Part shown: positions 48,474 to 60,600 of the stretch, piece after piece | Numbering within the stretch: position 1 is the stretch's first letter | How the letters are laid out: every line of letters starts with the position of its first letter | NCBI RefSeq assembly: GCF_011745625.1 | Contig: NW_027191453.1 | Span: forward strand, 1,054,001 to 1,118,000 | Origin: Cladosporium halotolerans | Taxonomy: Eukaryota | Direction of reading: 5' to 3' | Length of the DNA: 64,000 nt | Notes under the pieces: generated by a model | What the model was told of the DNA's origin: nothing | Databases searched by the model: none | What the model saw: only the letters and a program-made list of their open reading frames with translations | Program-made: the position numbers and the translations under genes

Positions 48474-48928
48474 AGCGAACTTTCGCAGAAGGGAGGCATT
48501 GTACGATTTGAGTGGTCGGGTTTGGGGATGCAACAACATACTGCTTTTCAGCGTTGGTGTTTGGGATGGCACGGCTTTGTGTCTGTTTGGGATCATGAGC
48601 AAGTTCATTCGCTCGCAAAAGGATTTTGTACACATATGGGTTTTATGGACGATGTACGATGCGAGGGATGTTATTCTACCGTTTGGGACATCGAGTTCCA
48701 GTGTCTACTGGCTTCACATCTCTACTCAAGAGCTTTACAGTTAAGTCTTGCAACGCACTTTCTCTTGCCTTCAACTGTTCAGAGATTCTGTGAACGTGCA
48801 TTATACGGTACACCTATTAATTACCGCTCCGTCCGAAACGTTAGGGTCACTGGGACCGTGAGCTGCAGATCCAGCTGCTGCTCTGAAGGCTCTTCCACTC
48901 TCAGAGTATCCGCGAGCCATAAGTGAGC

Positions 48929-49641
48929 CTAGCGTGAGGCGCTCATGCTTTGTATGACGGCCAGCGTCGGGTCTTCCTGTACCCATTTACCAACGGAGGT
49001 ATCGGCGGATCGAAACGAGATGTCGATACGTTGGTCGGTTATTCTTGATAATTCCTGGCGACTCTCAGAGAAGTTCTTGGATAGTAGACCAACAAGTGTG
49101 AACACATACCACTTGCAAGACATTTCGTATCTGCTGTAGTGCTGGCTCATGGATCGCCTGCGTCCTATGGCCCTGCAGAATTGCCGCTCTCGAATTAATC
49201 CATCGAAGGGCTGCGGTAGCTCGCAGGAATGCTTTTTGTGCGTTGTGCCTTCGCATAGCAGCGTCGATGATGATGCTGTCAGGCGAAGGGTTAGTCTCTC
49301 CTCTGGTAGCTTGGTTCGATCGGAAATGTGAGTGCAAACCTACCGTTGGAGCTGAGCCTTGTGCTGTTCCTCCGTTCCTCTCGCTCGACCGGTTTGTTCG
49401 AATGGTTGGTTCAGAAGCGCTTTTGCTTGGGCTTGACTTTGCCTCACCAATACGAAGCCGACTTCGTTGAACTCTTCTCTGGTGGGCATGACCCGGATCG
49501 CAGCAATACGATGCTGGATATTGCGAAAGTCTGCCATAATTTCCCCAACGCGCATAGCTCGGGCTTGGTTTACTGACGAGCGTTAGTGAATGTCGTGCTC
49601 TAATACTTGAGCTTGATCTGTGACTTACAGCCATCTGCCAT
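48929..49641 (-). CDS. Four-exon hypothetical protein (~170 aa, helical)
   Basis: Splicing gives MADG|LNQARAMRVGEIMADFRNIQH...KAQLQR|IIIDAAMRRHNAQKAFLRATAALRWINSR...|ELSRITDQRID..GKWVQEDPTL*, with GT..AG introns; resembles a conserved ascomycete hypothetical family as recalled. Confidence 0.78.
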
Positions 49642-51014
49642 TATCAAGACTACTCTCGAAAACAACAGGTACAACGAAGAGCAATGCGATCGACGCGAAA
49701 CACGGATTGCGTGAGGCAGAGATGCTATGTACAATTGCAACGTGTAAACTGGACAGGCAAAGGAACGGACCGATGGAAGGAATGATCGACAATGATCAGC
49801 TCTAAAGCACAGTGTAGCGATCGGAGAATACTTATAGATGCCAGGCATACCCTTGCATGCTCAGAGTATGTGCCGTGCTTACTAGATGTGCCGAACAGCT
49901 ACTGGTTGAACGGCTCTCAGCAGCGTACTGTAGTTCAGGAGCGACGGTGGTATGCGCAGCCAACGAGACGGCGAAAGAGATGAAGAGCAAAGGAAGGCTG
50001 CGTGTGACAGGAGTCAATTGACCTCTGTGGGTCCAGAGATAAAACGTGGGAACCACGAGCCATGAGTTCCGTGGCGGCGATAGCGTGGGAGGTGGAGTGG
50101 GAGGGAACTACTGTGATCTACCAGTAGAAACGCAGGTACGCCTCATCCTGGTGTCGAGGGTTGTGCGCCCTGCAGTAATCACGACGTCACAAAACATTGT
50201 CTGCACGAAGTCAGCAGCGTGGAAATGGAAAGGCAGAACAGTGTAGGACAGCTGTGATTCGGTCTCACGCAGCTGGTCTCACGCCATCAAGAGCACTGCT
50301 GGACCATTGATGACACGGCAAAGGTATGGGGCACTGTGACGGGAGCTTAGTCGGACGGCTCGCAAGCACAATTCCACAGAGCCGAAGAGTAGCGTGGGCA
50401 GAGCGGTCGTTTCACTCTTCACTTTTCGAGTGCAGTCCGGCGCCACTGGTGCGAATGCAGTAGGGCGAGCAGTTCATGCGAACGAATCGTGCCACGTTCT
50501 TGGATTCTGACTTCCTCAATCAGTGATACTTGTGGCGCGCAGCTGAGCGAGAGTGTGCTAGCCGACTGAGCTGGTTCGAAGTCAAACTCAAGTGAGGTCA
50601 GTCGGGACGAGAGCCGTGTGCCGAAGATGGCAATCAGCCTAGCGTGCAGCAGCTGAGCAGCGGCACCTCTCGTTGACAGTAGATGCGGCTGAAAGCCACA
50701 GCCAATGGCCACGCCGTTCTGCAAAGCAGCCGACTTTGTGGCTTGCATCCACGCTCTGAACGAACTGCACGAGATGAGGCTGTGCAAAGGGCTAAGGATC
50801 TTGGAAGAAGACGGAAACCACCTTCGGCACTGCGTTCTGAATTATTCTTACATTCATGCTGCCTTCTGTGTCGTAGGTATACTCTGACTGTACTGCAAAG
50901 ATGACTCGTTCACGTGCGCCTACACGCCGTGCCTGCGCATCGGCGGTCAGCGACAAGGATACGGTGGATGCGTCGCTAGAAGGTGTTCGGCAACGCGACA
51001 GACCGCTTCTTCCC

Positions 51015-52048
51015 TTAGTCCTTCTCAGCGATCGCGTTCAACCGCTCATCGATCTCCTCCTCCGTCAGCGCACGGAATGAAGAGTCGGTACCCTCCTTGC
51101 CGTCTGTCCGGGGCCCTCCGACGACACCGATCTCCAGCTCGCCCTTCTTGAAGTCCACGCTCAACACTGAGCTCAAAGCAGTAATACCAAGCTCAACGAC
51201 CTCCTCCCAGTCGCCCTCCGCGTAGTCCTTGTTCTTCAGCTTCTTCTCCATGAAGTTGAGTGCTTCCTGCGCCTTAGGTCCCGAGGCAGTGGCCTTGTAG
51301 CCGACGTAGTATCCTGCGGGATCGCACTTGTAGAGCTGCGGACCGAACTCTGAGTCGAGGGAAATGAGGGTCATGGCCACGCCGAGCGGTCTCATGTAGG
51401 CCTGTTGCGCTGGTCAGCGATTTTCAAGTCCTACAGCCTCCATCCGTCTCCCGTGAAAACGTACCCTCTGCGTGTAAACCTGGCTGATGTTGGCGACACG
51501 CTTCGCGAGCACATCGCAAGGCATCTCGTAGCCGAACTTGTACCTGAACTCCGCCGCCTCACCCCTCGCTCTCATCACCGAAGCGCGCGCATCTGCTATC
51601 GAACCGGTCATGACGCAGCCGACGGAAGGCGAGAGCTTGTAGACGTAAGACACCGACTCCGGGTCGATGAGCTTATCCTGAATGCGGAATAATCTCAGCT
51701 TCTCTCCACTTTGCAAAGCTCCAAATGCTGTTGTCCAAACCTACCGGCACCTTCTTTTGCGACAGGACTACTGCGCAGTCCTTGCCTCGTACGCCGACGG
51801 ATGTGATGTTTGCTGCGGTGATCGCCTTGAATGCATATTCTGTGAGGATGATTGTATGAGCGACTGTCTTCTTCCTGTGATCGAAACTCCCCGATGAGGT
51901 CTTGGATGGCGTTCGAGCGATTACGTACCGACCTGGTAGAGGCGACCTTGGTCCGAGAAGATGGTGATGTGTCTGTCGTAGCCGCCTGTTTGAGAGCCGT
52001 TAGTGCCATGATCAGCATCGGAAGGCTGCTGTATCACTTACTCGCCAT
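51015..52048 (-). CDS. SCL1: 20S proteasome subunit alpha1 (PSMA6)
   Basis: Multi-exon; [59 protein letters not shown] and YKCDPAGYY motifs. Confidence 0.95.
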
Positions 52049-52342
52049 ATTGACGGTATCGGCTGTGTATGTTTAAAGGTGGGGAAAAGGGTGTTGGCAG
52101 CAGTTGGCGTGATAGAGGGAGTTGTAATGAGTTGCGGGCAGCTCAAGCAGACGTCGTGTCGATGGCCGTCGCTGGAGCTGTCGTGACGCGCTGCCAGCTG
52201 CCTGGGGTCGCGCCCGAGCCACAGCCGAGCTTTCCTAGACGTCTCTCGTAGACTTCGCCAAAAATTATCATTTTTTGAGCAGCTCATAAATATTGTCTAA
52301 CTACTGCACATATAGCCGCTTGGCAGCAAAACCGTTGTCGCC

Positions 52343-53689
52343 ATGTCGCAACATGTGCCCGCCTGGAAGAAAATCGGGCTTAAACTAAAATACGCCAAAG
52401 ACACCGCGGACGACACTCCCGTCTCAGCACCTGAACCCACAGCTACAGCAACAACCAATGGAACTTCCCACGCCGGCGCCAAAAGATCCCGGGATGACGA
52501 ACCCGAGATCTCAAACGGCTCCTCCAAGAAGAAAAACAAGCGCTCCAAACCCCAAGACGAGATCTCCACAGACGCCCCCGTAGTCAAAGGAATCCTCAGC
52601 GGCTCGCAATCACCCACCAAAACGCCCGCGAAGAAATCCGTCCAGTTCTCCGCAGAGACCAAGGCGGAGGACGGCGAGACCGGGCAGAACTACTTCAAAG
52701 CCTGGGCCGCGGGCGGCCAGCCGCACACGCCACCCAAGCCTTCGACGGAAACCGCTGTGCCAGAAACGCCCGAGTCGGCCGAGAAACCCCAGGAGTCACC
52801 AGCAGAATCGAAGGCCAAATCCAAAGCTGCAACGAGAGACCCCAAGCCCGACCAGGCAGCAGCGTCCAGCAACGACGACCCCGAAAACGGCCCCAGCCTC
52901 AGCGAACGCCGCGCCGCGAAAGCCGCCAAAAAAGCCGCGAAGCAGTCCCTCAAAGCCCAAACCCAACCTCAACAAGCCGCCACCGCCCACCAACCCCCGC
53001 AAACCGCCTACGTGCAATACCTGCACCAGTTCGCGCACGACAAGCCCGCGTGGAAATTCAACAAGTCCAAAGAAAACCACCTCCTCAAGTCCCTCTGGAG
53101 CACTTACCGCGTGCCCGCGGCCTACACGCCCGCGATTGTGTCCTACGTCGCCGGCCTGCAAGGCGCGGGAGCGCGCAGCAGGCTCGTGGAGGGCGCGGAC
53201 GAGGTGCTGAGGGACGTGGCGGAGAAGGGCGGGAAGAAGTTTGAGTTCAGCGGGTACGAGGAGGCGGAGACGAGGCGGGAGGCGTACGGGGGTGCTGTGA
53301 GGGGGTTGAGGGAGGGGGGCAGGTTGAGTGGGGAGGATGCGGAGAGGGTGGAGCGCGCGGAGGCGGTGCTGGCGCAGTTGCTGAATCATGCGCCGGTGCC
53401 GGTTGCGAAGCCCACGACTGTTACGGGGGCGGGGGGCGCGAAGAGGATTCAGTTTGCGGATGAGGAGGAGGAGAAGGTGGCTGAGCCGAAAGCGGCTGCA
53501 GCGAAGCTGCCTGCGAGGAGGAAGAGGAAGGCCAGGACGGATGTGTCGAGCGATGAGAGTAGTTCTGACAGCAGCTCTTCGGAGAGCGAGAGCAGCGACG
53601 ACGGCAGCGATAGTGAGAGTGACAGCGAAAATTCGTCAAGCCAGAGCTCTAGCGAGGATGACAGCGACAGCGACAGCGACAGCGACTAG
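52343..53689 (+). CDS. WKF-domain protein (C7orf50/Ycr016w-like, probably nucleolar) with acidic Ser/Asp tail
   Basis: MSQHVPAWKKIGLKLKYA N-terminus, YL..F..DKPAWKFNKSKENHLLK and YVAGLQGAGARSRL; (GACAGC)n repeat at the 3' end. Confidence 0.85.
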   Translation: MSQHVPAWKKIGLKLKYAKDTADDTPVSAPEPTATATTNGTSHAGAKRSRDDEPEISNGSSKKKNKRSKPQDEISTDAPVVKGILSGSQSPTKTPAKKSVQFSAETKAEDGETGQNYFKAWAAGGQPHTPPKPSTETAVPETPESAEKPQESPAESKAKSKAATRDPKPDQAAASSNDDPENGPSLSERRAAKAAKKAAKQSLKAQTQPQQAATAHQPPQTAYVQYLHQFAHDKPAWKFNKSKENHLLKSLWSTYRVPAAYTPAIVSYVAGLQGAGARSRLVEGADEVLRDVAEKGGKKFEFSGYEEAETRREAYGGAVRGLREGGRLSGEDAERVERAEAVLAQLLNHAPVPVAKPTTVTGAGGAKRIQFADEEEEKVAEPKAAAAKLPARRKRKARTDVSSDESSSDSSSSESESSDDGSDSESDSENSSSQSSSEDDSDSDSDSD

Positions 53690-54496
53690 ACAACTTGTAC
53701 GATATGTATAGATGCGAGGGCCCAAGATTTATCATTACAGAGCAGAAAAAGAATGTACAAAGTATTGCAGGATACCGTATCACAGGAATGAAAGACCTAC
53801 TAATCATTTCAAAAACCTAACCAAAAAAATCCCCGTGGAATCCATGTATCTCGGCATCAAAAGCAAGAAGGGATCAGCAAGGCAAACGAAACGTGGCGAC
53901 ACGGAGACGTTGATGTCACTTGACGAAGTACACACACATCACGAAACAGAAAGTCCAAAGTAAAACAAATTCTTTCTCATTGCCATTAAAAACAACTCCA
54001 GGCTTTTGAGCATCATCACAGTGACTCGCGTAGAGGCGGCCTCCACGGATGATCAAAAAAACCCTGACCGGCCTTTTCGTATTCTCCACGGCCTTGCATG
54101 AAAAGCATAAGAATGACCAAAAACAAAAACAACTCGCCGGCCCGAACTATAGCCCGCATCAAAAACATCGAAAACAATCTCAAACGCCAACCCGAAAGTG
54201 TGTGTATACATTGCCGCTTTTGTCCCTCTCCAAATCATCGTTGTGTGGGCGTCGTGGAAGTCGCATACGCCTCGTTGAAGAGAAATTGGCGGGCAGAAGT
54301 GGTGTGGAGGTCATGTACAGTACAGAAAGATGATTACTTATTTCGAAAGGGTCGGCGAGGAGGTCCATGGGGTGTGAGAGGCCTCGTCATGCCTGAGAAT
54401 AGAATTCGTCGTCGCGGCAGATCTTGATGATCTGGGAGTCGATTGCTGCTCCGGAGGAACAGGGTAGGTCATGGGGCCAGTTGGCAGAGGGAGATC

Positions 54497-56369
54497 CTAA
54501 CTGTCGCGGACGTTGGCAGTTGATCAGGAGGAGTGGCAGATACACTTGCTTACCTCCTCTGCATCTGGCCCTGCATCTGACCTTGCATGCCATGTCCCAT
54601 CATGCCGTAAGGGTTAGCAAATTGGTGGCCGCCGTCGTTACCAGCGATCTGCTGAATGGCCTGAGAGCTGATTCCCTGAGCCGCTGACACCGGGCAGTCC
54701 TTGTGCGCGAGGAGAAGGGTCTTGAGACCGACGATCTCCTCCCTAAGCTGTGTGACAGTGGCAGCAAGTGCATCGTTCTCCGTGGAGAAAATCTCGACCT
54801 TCTGCTGGAGGTTGGCCAACCACTGCTTTTTGCGCTGACGACACTTGAGGGCAGCGACACGGTTGCGCTCGAGGAAGTTCTTCCTCTTCTCCTCGTCGGT
54901 CATCTTTTTGCCGTCGGGATGTGAGTCTTCCATCTTGGAGTCGTCCTCATCATCATCCTCATCCGGATCCATATCCATATCGCCAGTGCTTGTGCGCTGG
55001 CGCTTGTTGTTGCCTTTACTGGGAGCTTCCTCGGTCTTTCTCTTGCCATTGGCTGCACCCTTACCAGCGGGAGCCTTCTTGTTGCGCGTGTTGCGAGCTT
55101 GAGGCTTTGTGTCGTTGTCATTGTCAGAGTAGTCGCCTTGACCTTGCTCTGTGTCCCCTGACAGATTGCTTCCGATGCTGTTCTTGCCTGCCCTGGTGTT
55201 CATGCCCTGGTCTTGAGGCATGCCCTGGAAGTTCTGCTGCTGCTGGGGCATGCCGAAGTTTTGGCCGTTACGCTGCTGCTGCTGTTGTTGCTGCTGTTGC
55301 TGACCACCGGCTTGAGCAAGCATGAATAGACCATTAGCAGCATCGTTCGTCTGATGCGAGCTGAACGGGTCTTGCGCATCCTGCTGCTGGGGCTGAGCGT
55401 TAGGGTTGTAAGGCTTGCTGTCAAGATCCGGCTGAATGTTCGGGTTCTGTTGTGGCTGAGACGTTGAAGCAGGCATGTTGAAGTTGTTTCCCTGGGTGTG
55501 GGCACGCGCAGTCATGGCTGTGCGGTGGAAGTCAAGAGTGCCTGGCGTAGCGCCTCCACTCTGAAGCGAGTTGTACAAAGCTTGTGAGTTGGGCGAAGGC
55601 TGCGGGAACATAGACCCACCACCACCAGGGGTCAATCCTGTGCGCAAAGAAGATTCGTTAGGCGTTGGGAAACTACCAGAGAAGTGATGATCACCGCTGA
55701 AGTAGTCGTTGCTGTTGGTCGGACCTGTAAGCATAGCTGGGCTCAGAGGACCAGAGCGCAATGAACCTGGCCAGCCAGGTGTAGCGGAAGGGAGAAGCGA
55801 CGCGGGAGAGGTGAGGCTTGTCACACCTGGCAGCTGTGTCTTGCCTGGGGTGTCGGCCGGGTTGCTGCTGAAGGCGTTCTCGAAGGGATTGGGCTCTTTG
55901 GAGAAGTGCGTCGGGTTGTTGCCGGAAAAGTAGTCGCCGTCGCCGCCGTTCTGCGATGGTTTCGGCGGGGCGAGAGGAGCATTGGTGCTCGATGCAGTCT
56001 CCTTGTTGTCGGCGCTGTCAGGTTGCTTTACAGATGGCGCGGGTTTCTCTGTCATTGATTGTGGTCAGCGCGATCCTCTTTCACCTGATGGCGAAGACGA
56101 TACGTACCTTCTTTGACCTCGTTGGCCTCACCGGAGTCCTTCGGGTTCTCTGCAGGTGAATGTTAGTGAATGCGACAATGATGAAATGCGCAGTGAAAGG
56201 TGGCGGGTGGCAACTCGCTGCGCGCACACCGACGACAGCAAAAGTGAAGTCAATGAGGCGCGACCGAGACGACGACAGCGTTCATCAAGAACAATTACGT
56301 ACCTGCTGGTTTGTTGTTGTCGTTTGAGGCCTTGTCCATGTTAGGCGAGGCGCTTTGGCTGCGTGCCAT
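54497..56369 (-). CDS. atfA: Stress-response bZIP transcription factor Atf1/AtfA
   Basis: EPNPFE..F (OSA region), SLRSGPLSPAMLTGP and RTGLTPGGGGSMFP (HRA/HRR regions), bZIP EEKRKNFLERNRVAALKCRQRKKQW. Two upstream exons (56303-56369, 56107-56149) splice in frame. Stop at 54550 if unspliced, or at 54497 via a terminal intron. Confidence 0.92.
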
Positions 56370-57897
56370 GATTGATGACGTTGTTGGCGTTCCGAGCGAT
56401 GACTTCACTCGTCCAATTCCAAGAGACGTCTCGGATTTGCGTTTGAGTTGTTTCTCCTCTTCAACCTACACCAGCGACTAGTTCGCACAACTCGATGTCG
56501 CGCGCAAAGAAGTGGTTTAGACTGTTTGCAGTTGGTCAGCTACACAATCGCGGGCGACGCTGAAGAATTCGAGGCAGCTCCAACCTCCAGGTCCCGCGAG
56601 CCCCAGCCGCTGGGTGGCAAATCACGCTCTGCGAGCGCGCGCACACCTACACGGCGAGCGCATCGCGGCGGCCACCTGGAAAATACTTTCCATGGCTCCT
56701 GGGTGTTGTCTGATGGCGGTGGAGGGAGTACTTACGGGTTGAGGGCGCGTCGTGATGGATGGCGAAACACGCGTGCCGGCGGCGATGGCCTCGTCGCAAT
56801 CGGTCAGACTTTTGCGCCCGACGACGGACAATGAAGGCTGGGGTCTCTGCGGGTAGGGGAGATTGCAGGCTTGCGCGACTGCTGTGCAGCTGGATGTCGT
56901 GATGATTTCCGTCCTGAGCGACTCTCGTTCACGCGTTGTTCGAATGCGGGAATCTGCACTGGCGACGTCAGAGCATCAGTGACGACATTGATGAGGAGGA
57001 AGGAGTTTGGAGAAAAGAGAAGCGGCGGCCGCGCGGGCTGCCAAGGATTTCGGCGGGAACGGCCGCGCTGGCTGGCTGGCTAGCCTGGCTTGCTGGCGTG
57101 GCCGGCAGCCGATCGCGATGGGCCATGGATCTGTTCAGACAGCGATGGGATCTGTCGGGAAGGCATCTCCTGACAACTGAGATACACCGACATGTACATC
57201 TACATATCGCGACAATCGTCTGACACACGAGCGATTGTTTGCAGACACCATTGTCGCTCTTTCATCGAGACAATGCCAGCCAAACTGGCCCTCTCGTCAG
57301 CCATCTTCACACATTCTGCCCCGACGAGTCCGACGGCCCGCTTAGAAATGCGAATCTCCCTTTCCCATGCGTCCAATCACGTCAACGTCTTTGACCGCCC
57401 CTCGGACCATGCGCCGACGACTACTGCTGCTAGCCTGCGGGTATAGCACCGGTTCGAGGCATCACCTATTTGCCGTGAAGCGTTGTGCATCCTGAATAAT
57501 AATGCCGTACCGTAAATGGGATTGTCCTTGCCGCCGAGGCCACCACATCGCAGATGTACTAGCAAGGAGGAATGGGCAAGACACATCCCGTACGACAGCC
57601 GCCATAGTCGCGCAATGTTCACTGTACATGATTCTCCCGGCAGTATACGCAGGTGGCTCTACACGGTTGAGAAGCAGATCCACGATCACAGCTCCGAGGC
57701 TACTTTTTCACTAGCGCTAGTCTGCTGGTAGAGAAGATGGGTATAGGATCTGAAGGGGGTATCTGTAATTACATGCGCCGTGGTACAAGGCAGGTAGATG
57801 AGCGCCCCGTTTTTGATGTGCCATTTCATGTAATGTACAGCTTGCAAAAGAATTTTACGTATATTACCTATGCAAAAATTCCAGTGTCATGCAAACA

Positions 57898-57983
57898 GCG
57901 CTCTTGGTCTAGTGGCTATGATTGCCGCCTTCCAAACCCGTGTTTGATAGCGGCAGAGCGGGGTTCAATTCCCCGAGGGCGCA
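57898..57983 (+). tRNA. tRNA-Gly(TCC) with 14-nt intron (57935-57948)
   Basis: Acceptor stem GCGCTCT/AGGGCGC+A, A-box TGGTCTAGTGG, anticodon arm GCCGC-CTTCCAA-GCGGC after intron removal, B-box GGTTCAATTCC, followed by a T-rich terminator. Confidence 0.93.
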
Positions 57984-58533
57984 TTTATTTTGTCTTTTGG
58001 CTCACATTGTCTTCTACCTTACCTGACTTACTATCCCAACAATAAAATGAAATTGCGAATTCTTTCCCTCCAACGCGCCGAAAGATTTTCAATTTTGGTT
58101 TTGCTAGTCAACCCAGGATGTTGTGGACGCTCGACCGACGGTGGGAAGATGACCACACACACCAGCACGTGAGAAGAAGGTCTATGCTCTCCTCGACGCC
58201 AATATCCCGCCGCATTTTTTTTTCTTCCACTCATCAGGCTGGAACATGAAAGAGAGGGGTGTTGATGCTGGGGATTGTTCGTCCCGAAGAACTCGAATCT
58301 CCCCATGAGATACCCTAGCGTTCTAGCTCGGCTCATCAGATTCATGGAAAACATTGCATGGCTCCTCACACTCTCCCATCCTGCCGAATGCTTCATCCAC
58401 AAAGACTCCAACCAAGAAAATCGGAAGCAAACCAATGCTGCTCTTCCAGTGCCCATCAACCGTCTGTATCAATAATCTTGTCCAAGTACCAACATCCCAT
58501 CCCATCCCAACCCAACCTCAAGCCCCCAACCCA

Positions 58534-60153
58534 TCACACCCCACCAACCCCAAATCTCTCCCTCCACTCCCGCAACCAAACCGGACTGTCCGCGATCGTC
58601 TGATTCCACGGATCATCACTGCTGTACAGCACCAGCCTCGCCTCCCTCTGCAACGCCTCATCACTCACCCCTCCAGCCCCTCCACCCCCAACCCCAACAC
58701 TCTCCCTCGCAAACCGCGCCAAATGCGCCGCCAGCACGTCCGCGAACGCCGACGCCGTCAGCGCCCTGCTGTCCCTCAGCGCCGCCGTCTCGCCCTCCGC
58801 ACCCTGCGCCTGCGGCGCACCCTCCAGCGAAGGAAGCCGCTCCGTCCTTGCCCGAATCTGCTTGAAATGATCCCGCGCGCCCGCGCTCGTCGCCGTAAAC
58901 GGGACCAGACTCGCCGCTTCCGTGGCAATATAGTACGGCGGCAGAGCGTTCGTGACGCGCGCTTCGACGTCCTCCGCAAACCCGTGCCCGCCGCTCCAGT
59001 CGCGCATGGAACACCCTTGCCTGAAATGCGCGGCGAGGTGGTCTGCGCGCGCCTCCCAGGACGCGAGGCGCGCGTCGCAGAAGCCGCAGCGGGAGGTGAT
59101 GGGCGGGGAGGGGGAGTGGAAGGGGGTCAGGGAGGGCGGGAGGGAGAGGAGTTTGTGGAAGACGCGGAGGTGCTGGGCGAGGTGGTCGCGGCGGCGGAAG
59201 GAGCGGGAGGGCGGGGGGCGGGTGGCGCAGGGGGCGTGGTTGTGGGTTTCGAGGTGGGGCTGCGAGGGGGACGGGGCGGAGCAGTAGGCGCAGAGGGGCC
59301 CGGTGGGGGACGGCAGGGTGCCCGAGGCCGGGGCGCAGTTCCAGGCTTCGAGGTCGAGGTGCAGCGATTTCTCGTGTCGGCGCCAGTCGTATTTGGATTT
59401 GAAGGCGTCGCAGCAGAAGGTGCATTTGAAGGGGCGGGGGTCCGGGTTGGGTTTTTTGGAGGAGGAGGAGGAGGTGCTGGTGGTGGTGGGGTGTTTGCGG
59501 GAGCGGCGGTGCGAGGAGTTGCTGTGGGCGCCGGCGGAGGTGGCGGAGCTTGCGGAGGCGGTGGAGTAGGCGGAGGAGTTGCTGCATTCGCTGTTGACGC
59601 TTGTGGAGGAGTTGGAGCGGCGGAGGGGGCCTGGGTTGAAGGGGGTGGTGAGGTCCAGTGGGCGATTGCTGCTGTCGATCGCTCGGTGGCTGTCCGGTGT
59701 CCAGAGCGGTTCGTTTATGTTTGTCAAGAATGAAGGTTGCCTGAGGACTGGTCTTTGACGAGAGTAGAGACTCCTTCGACGAGGTAATCGAGACCGGTAT
59801 GGGTTCCCATTGGACTGGACGTTGCTGATGCCTGGTGATGACGAGTGGAGACCAGAATCACTGCCGGGTGTGTTGCTACGTGTGGCTAGATTTGACGAGA
59901 CGCTGCCATCCGAGTATACACCCGTTGTGGGTGTTCCATAGACGTTGAAAGACGGATCTACTGTGAATTGGTCGCCGAATCCGATCAATGGGCTTTCGTA
60001 CTCGCCGGAGACGTCGTGGCTGTGGAGCCCGTCGATCGCGGATTCTAACGCGAGGAGGTCAAGGCCGTCATTGAAATCAAACACGTGGCCCGTGGGATCA
60101 TTTTGAGGGAAGTCATCAGCCATGGTATGAGATTCGTGAAAAATTGTGTTCAT
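58534..60153 (-). CDS. C2H2 zinc-finger transcription factor
   Basis: RPFKCTFCCDAFKSKYDWRRHEKSLH, CAYC..HLETH, FRRRDHLAQHLRVFH and SRCGFC..RADHLAAHF motifs; start may be 60123. Confidence 0.88.
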   Translation of the reverse strand: MNTIFHESHTMADDFPQNDPTGHVFDFNDGLDLLALESAIDGLHSHDVSGEYESPLIGFGDQFTVDPSFNVYGTPTTGVYSDGSVSSNLATRSNTPGSDSGLHSSSPGISNVQSNGNPYRSRLPRRRSLYSRQRPVLRQPSFLTNINEPLWTPDSHRAIDSSNRPLDLTTPFNPGPLRRSNSSTSVNSECSNSSAYSTASASSATSAGAHSNSSHRRSRKHPTTTSTSSSSSKKPNPDPRPFKCTFCCDAFKSKYDWRRHEKSLHLDLEAWNCAPASGTLPSPTGPLCAYCSAPSPSQPHLETHNHAPCATRPPPSRSFRRRDHLAQHLRVFHKLLSLPPSLTPFHSPSPPITSRCGFCDARLASWEARADHLAAHFRQGCSMRDWSGGHGFAEDVEARVTNALPPYYIATEAASLVPFTATSAGARDHFKQIRARTERLPSLEGAPQAQGAEGETAALRDSRALTASAFADVLAAHLARFARESVGVGGGGAGGVSDEALQREARLVLYSSDDPWNQTIADSPVWLREWRERFGVGGV

Positions 60154-60600
60154 GAACAGGTTTGGTTGCAGGCGATCGTCGTTTGCTTTTCTTCTGGAAC
60201 TTTGATGCGAACCCTACGGCTTGGCAAAGCCTGGCCCACGCCATCGCCACGACATTGGACTGCAGCCTTTTGGGTGCTATGCAGGTACGCTGTATTTAGG
60301 GCACTCGTGCATGTACTACTATACTCGAATTACTGGCTCAAGAAAGAATGTCCATTAGACTTACTACTGCCATCCTCGACCACGACCAAGCTTTTTCAAA
60401 GATCGCGAAAGGAAGGACACGCCTTGAAAAATGCTAATAGCCCGCCCGCAAGATGAAAAGACTGAAAAGCTTGACAACTGCGAAAAGCACAGAAAGAAAC
60501 ACGCACTCAAGCGCGGGGTATATACATCACCGATCGAGACTCCTACATGACTAAACTCTACACCCAAAAACACCCCGCTTAGAAAAACTCCATCACTACA

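Noticed and set aside
50250..50900. Possible small gene between the hypothetical gene and SCL1
   Set aside because: Could not build a consistent spliced ORF, and no motifs were recognised.
52174..52179. GGAGCT Rpn4-type element upstream of the proteasome gene
   Set aside because: A single hexamer, not distinguishable from chance without conservation data.
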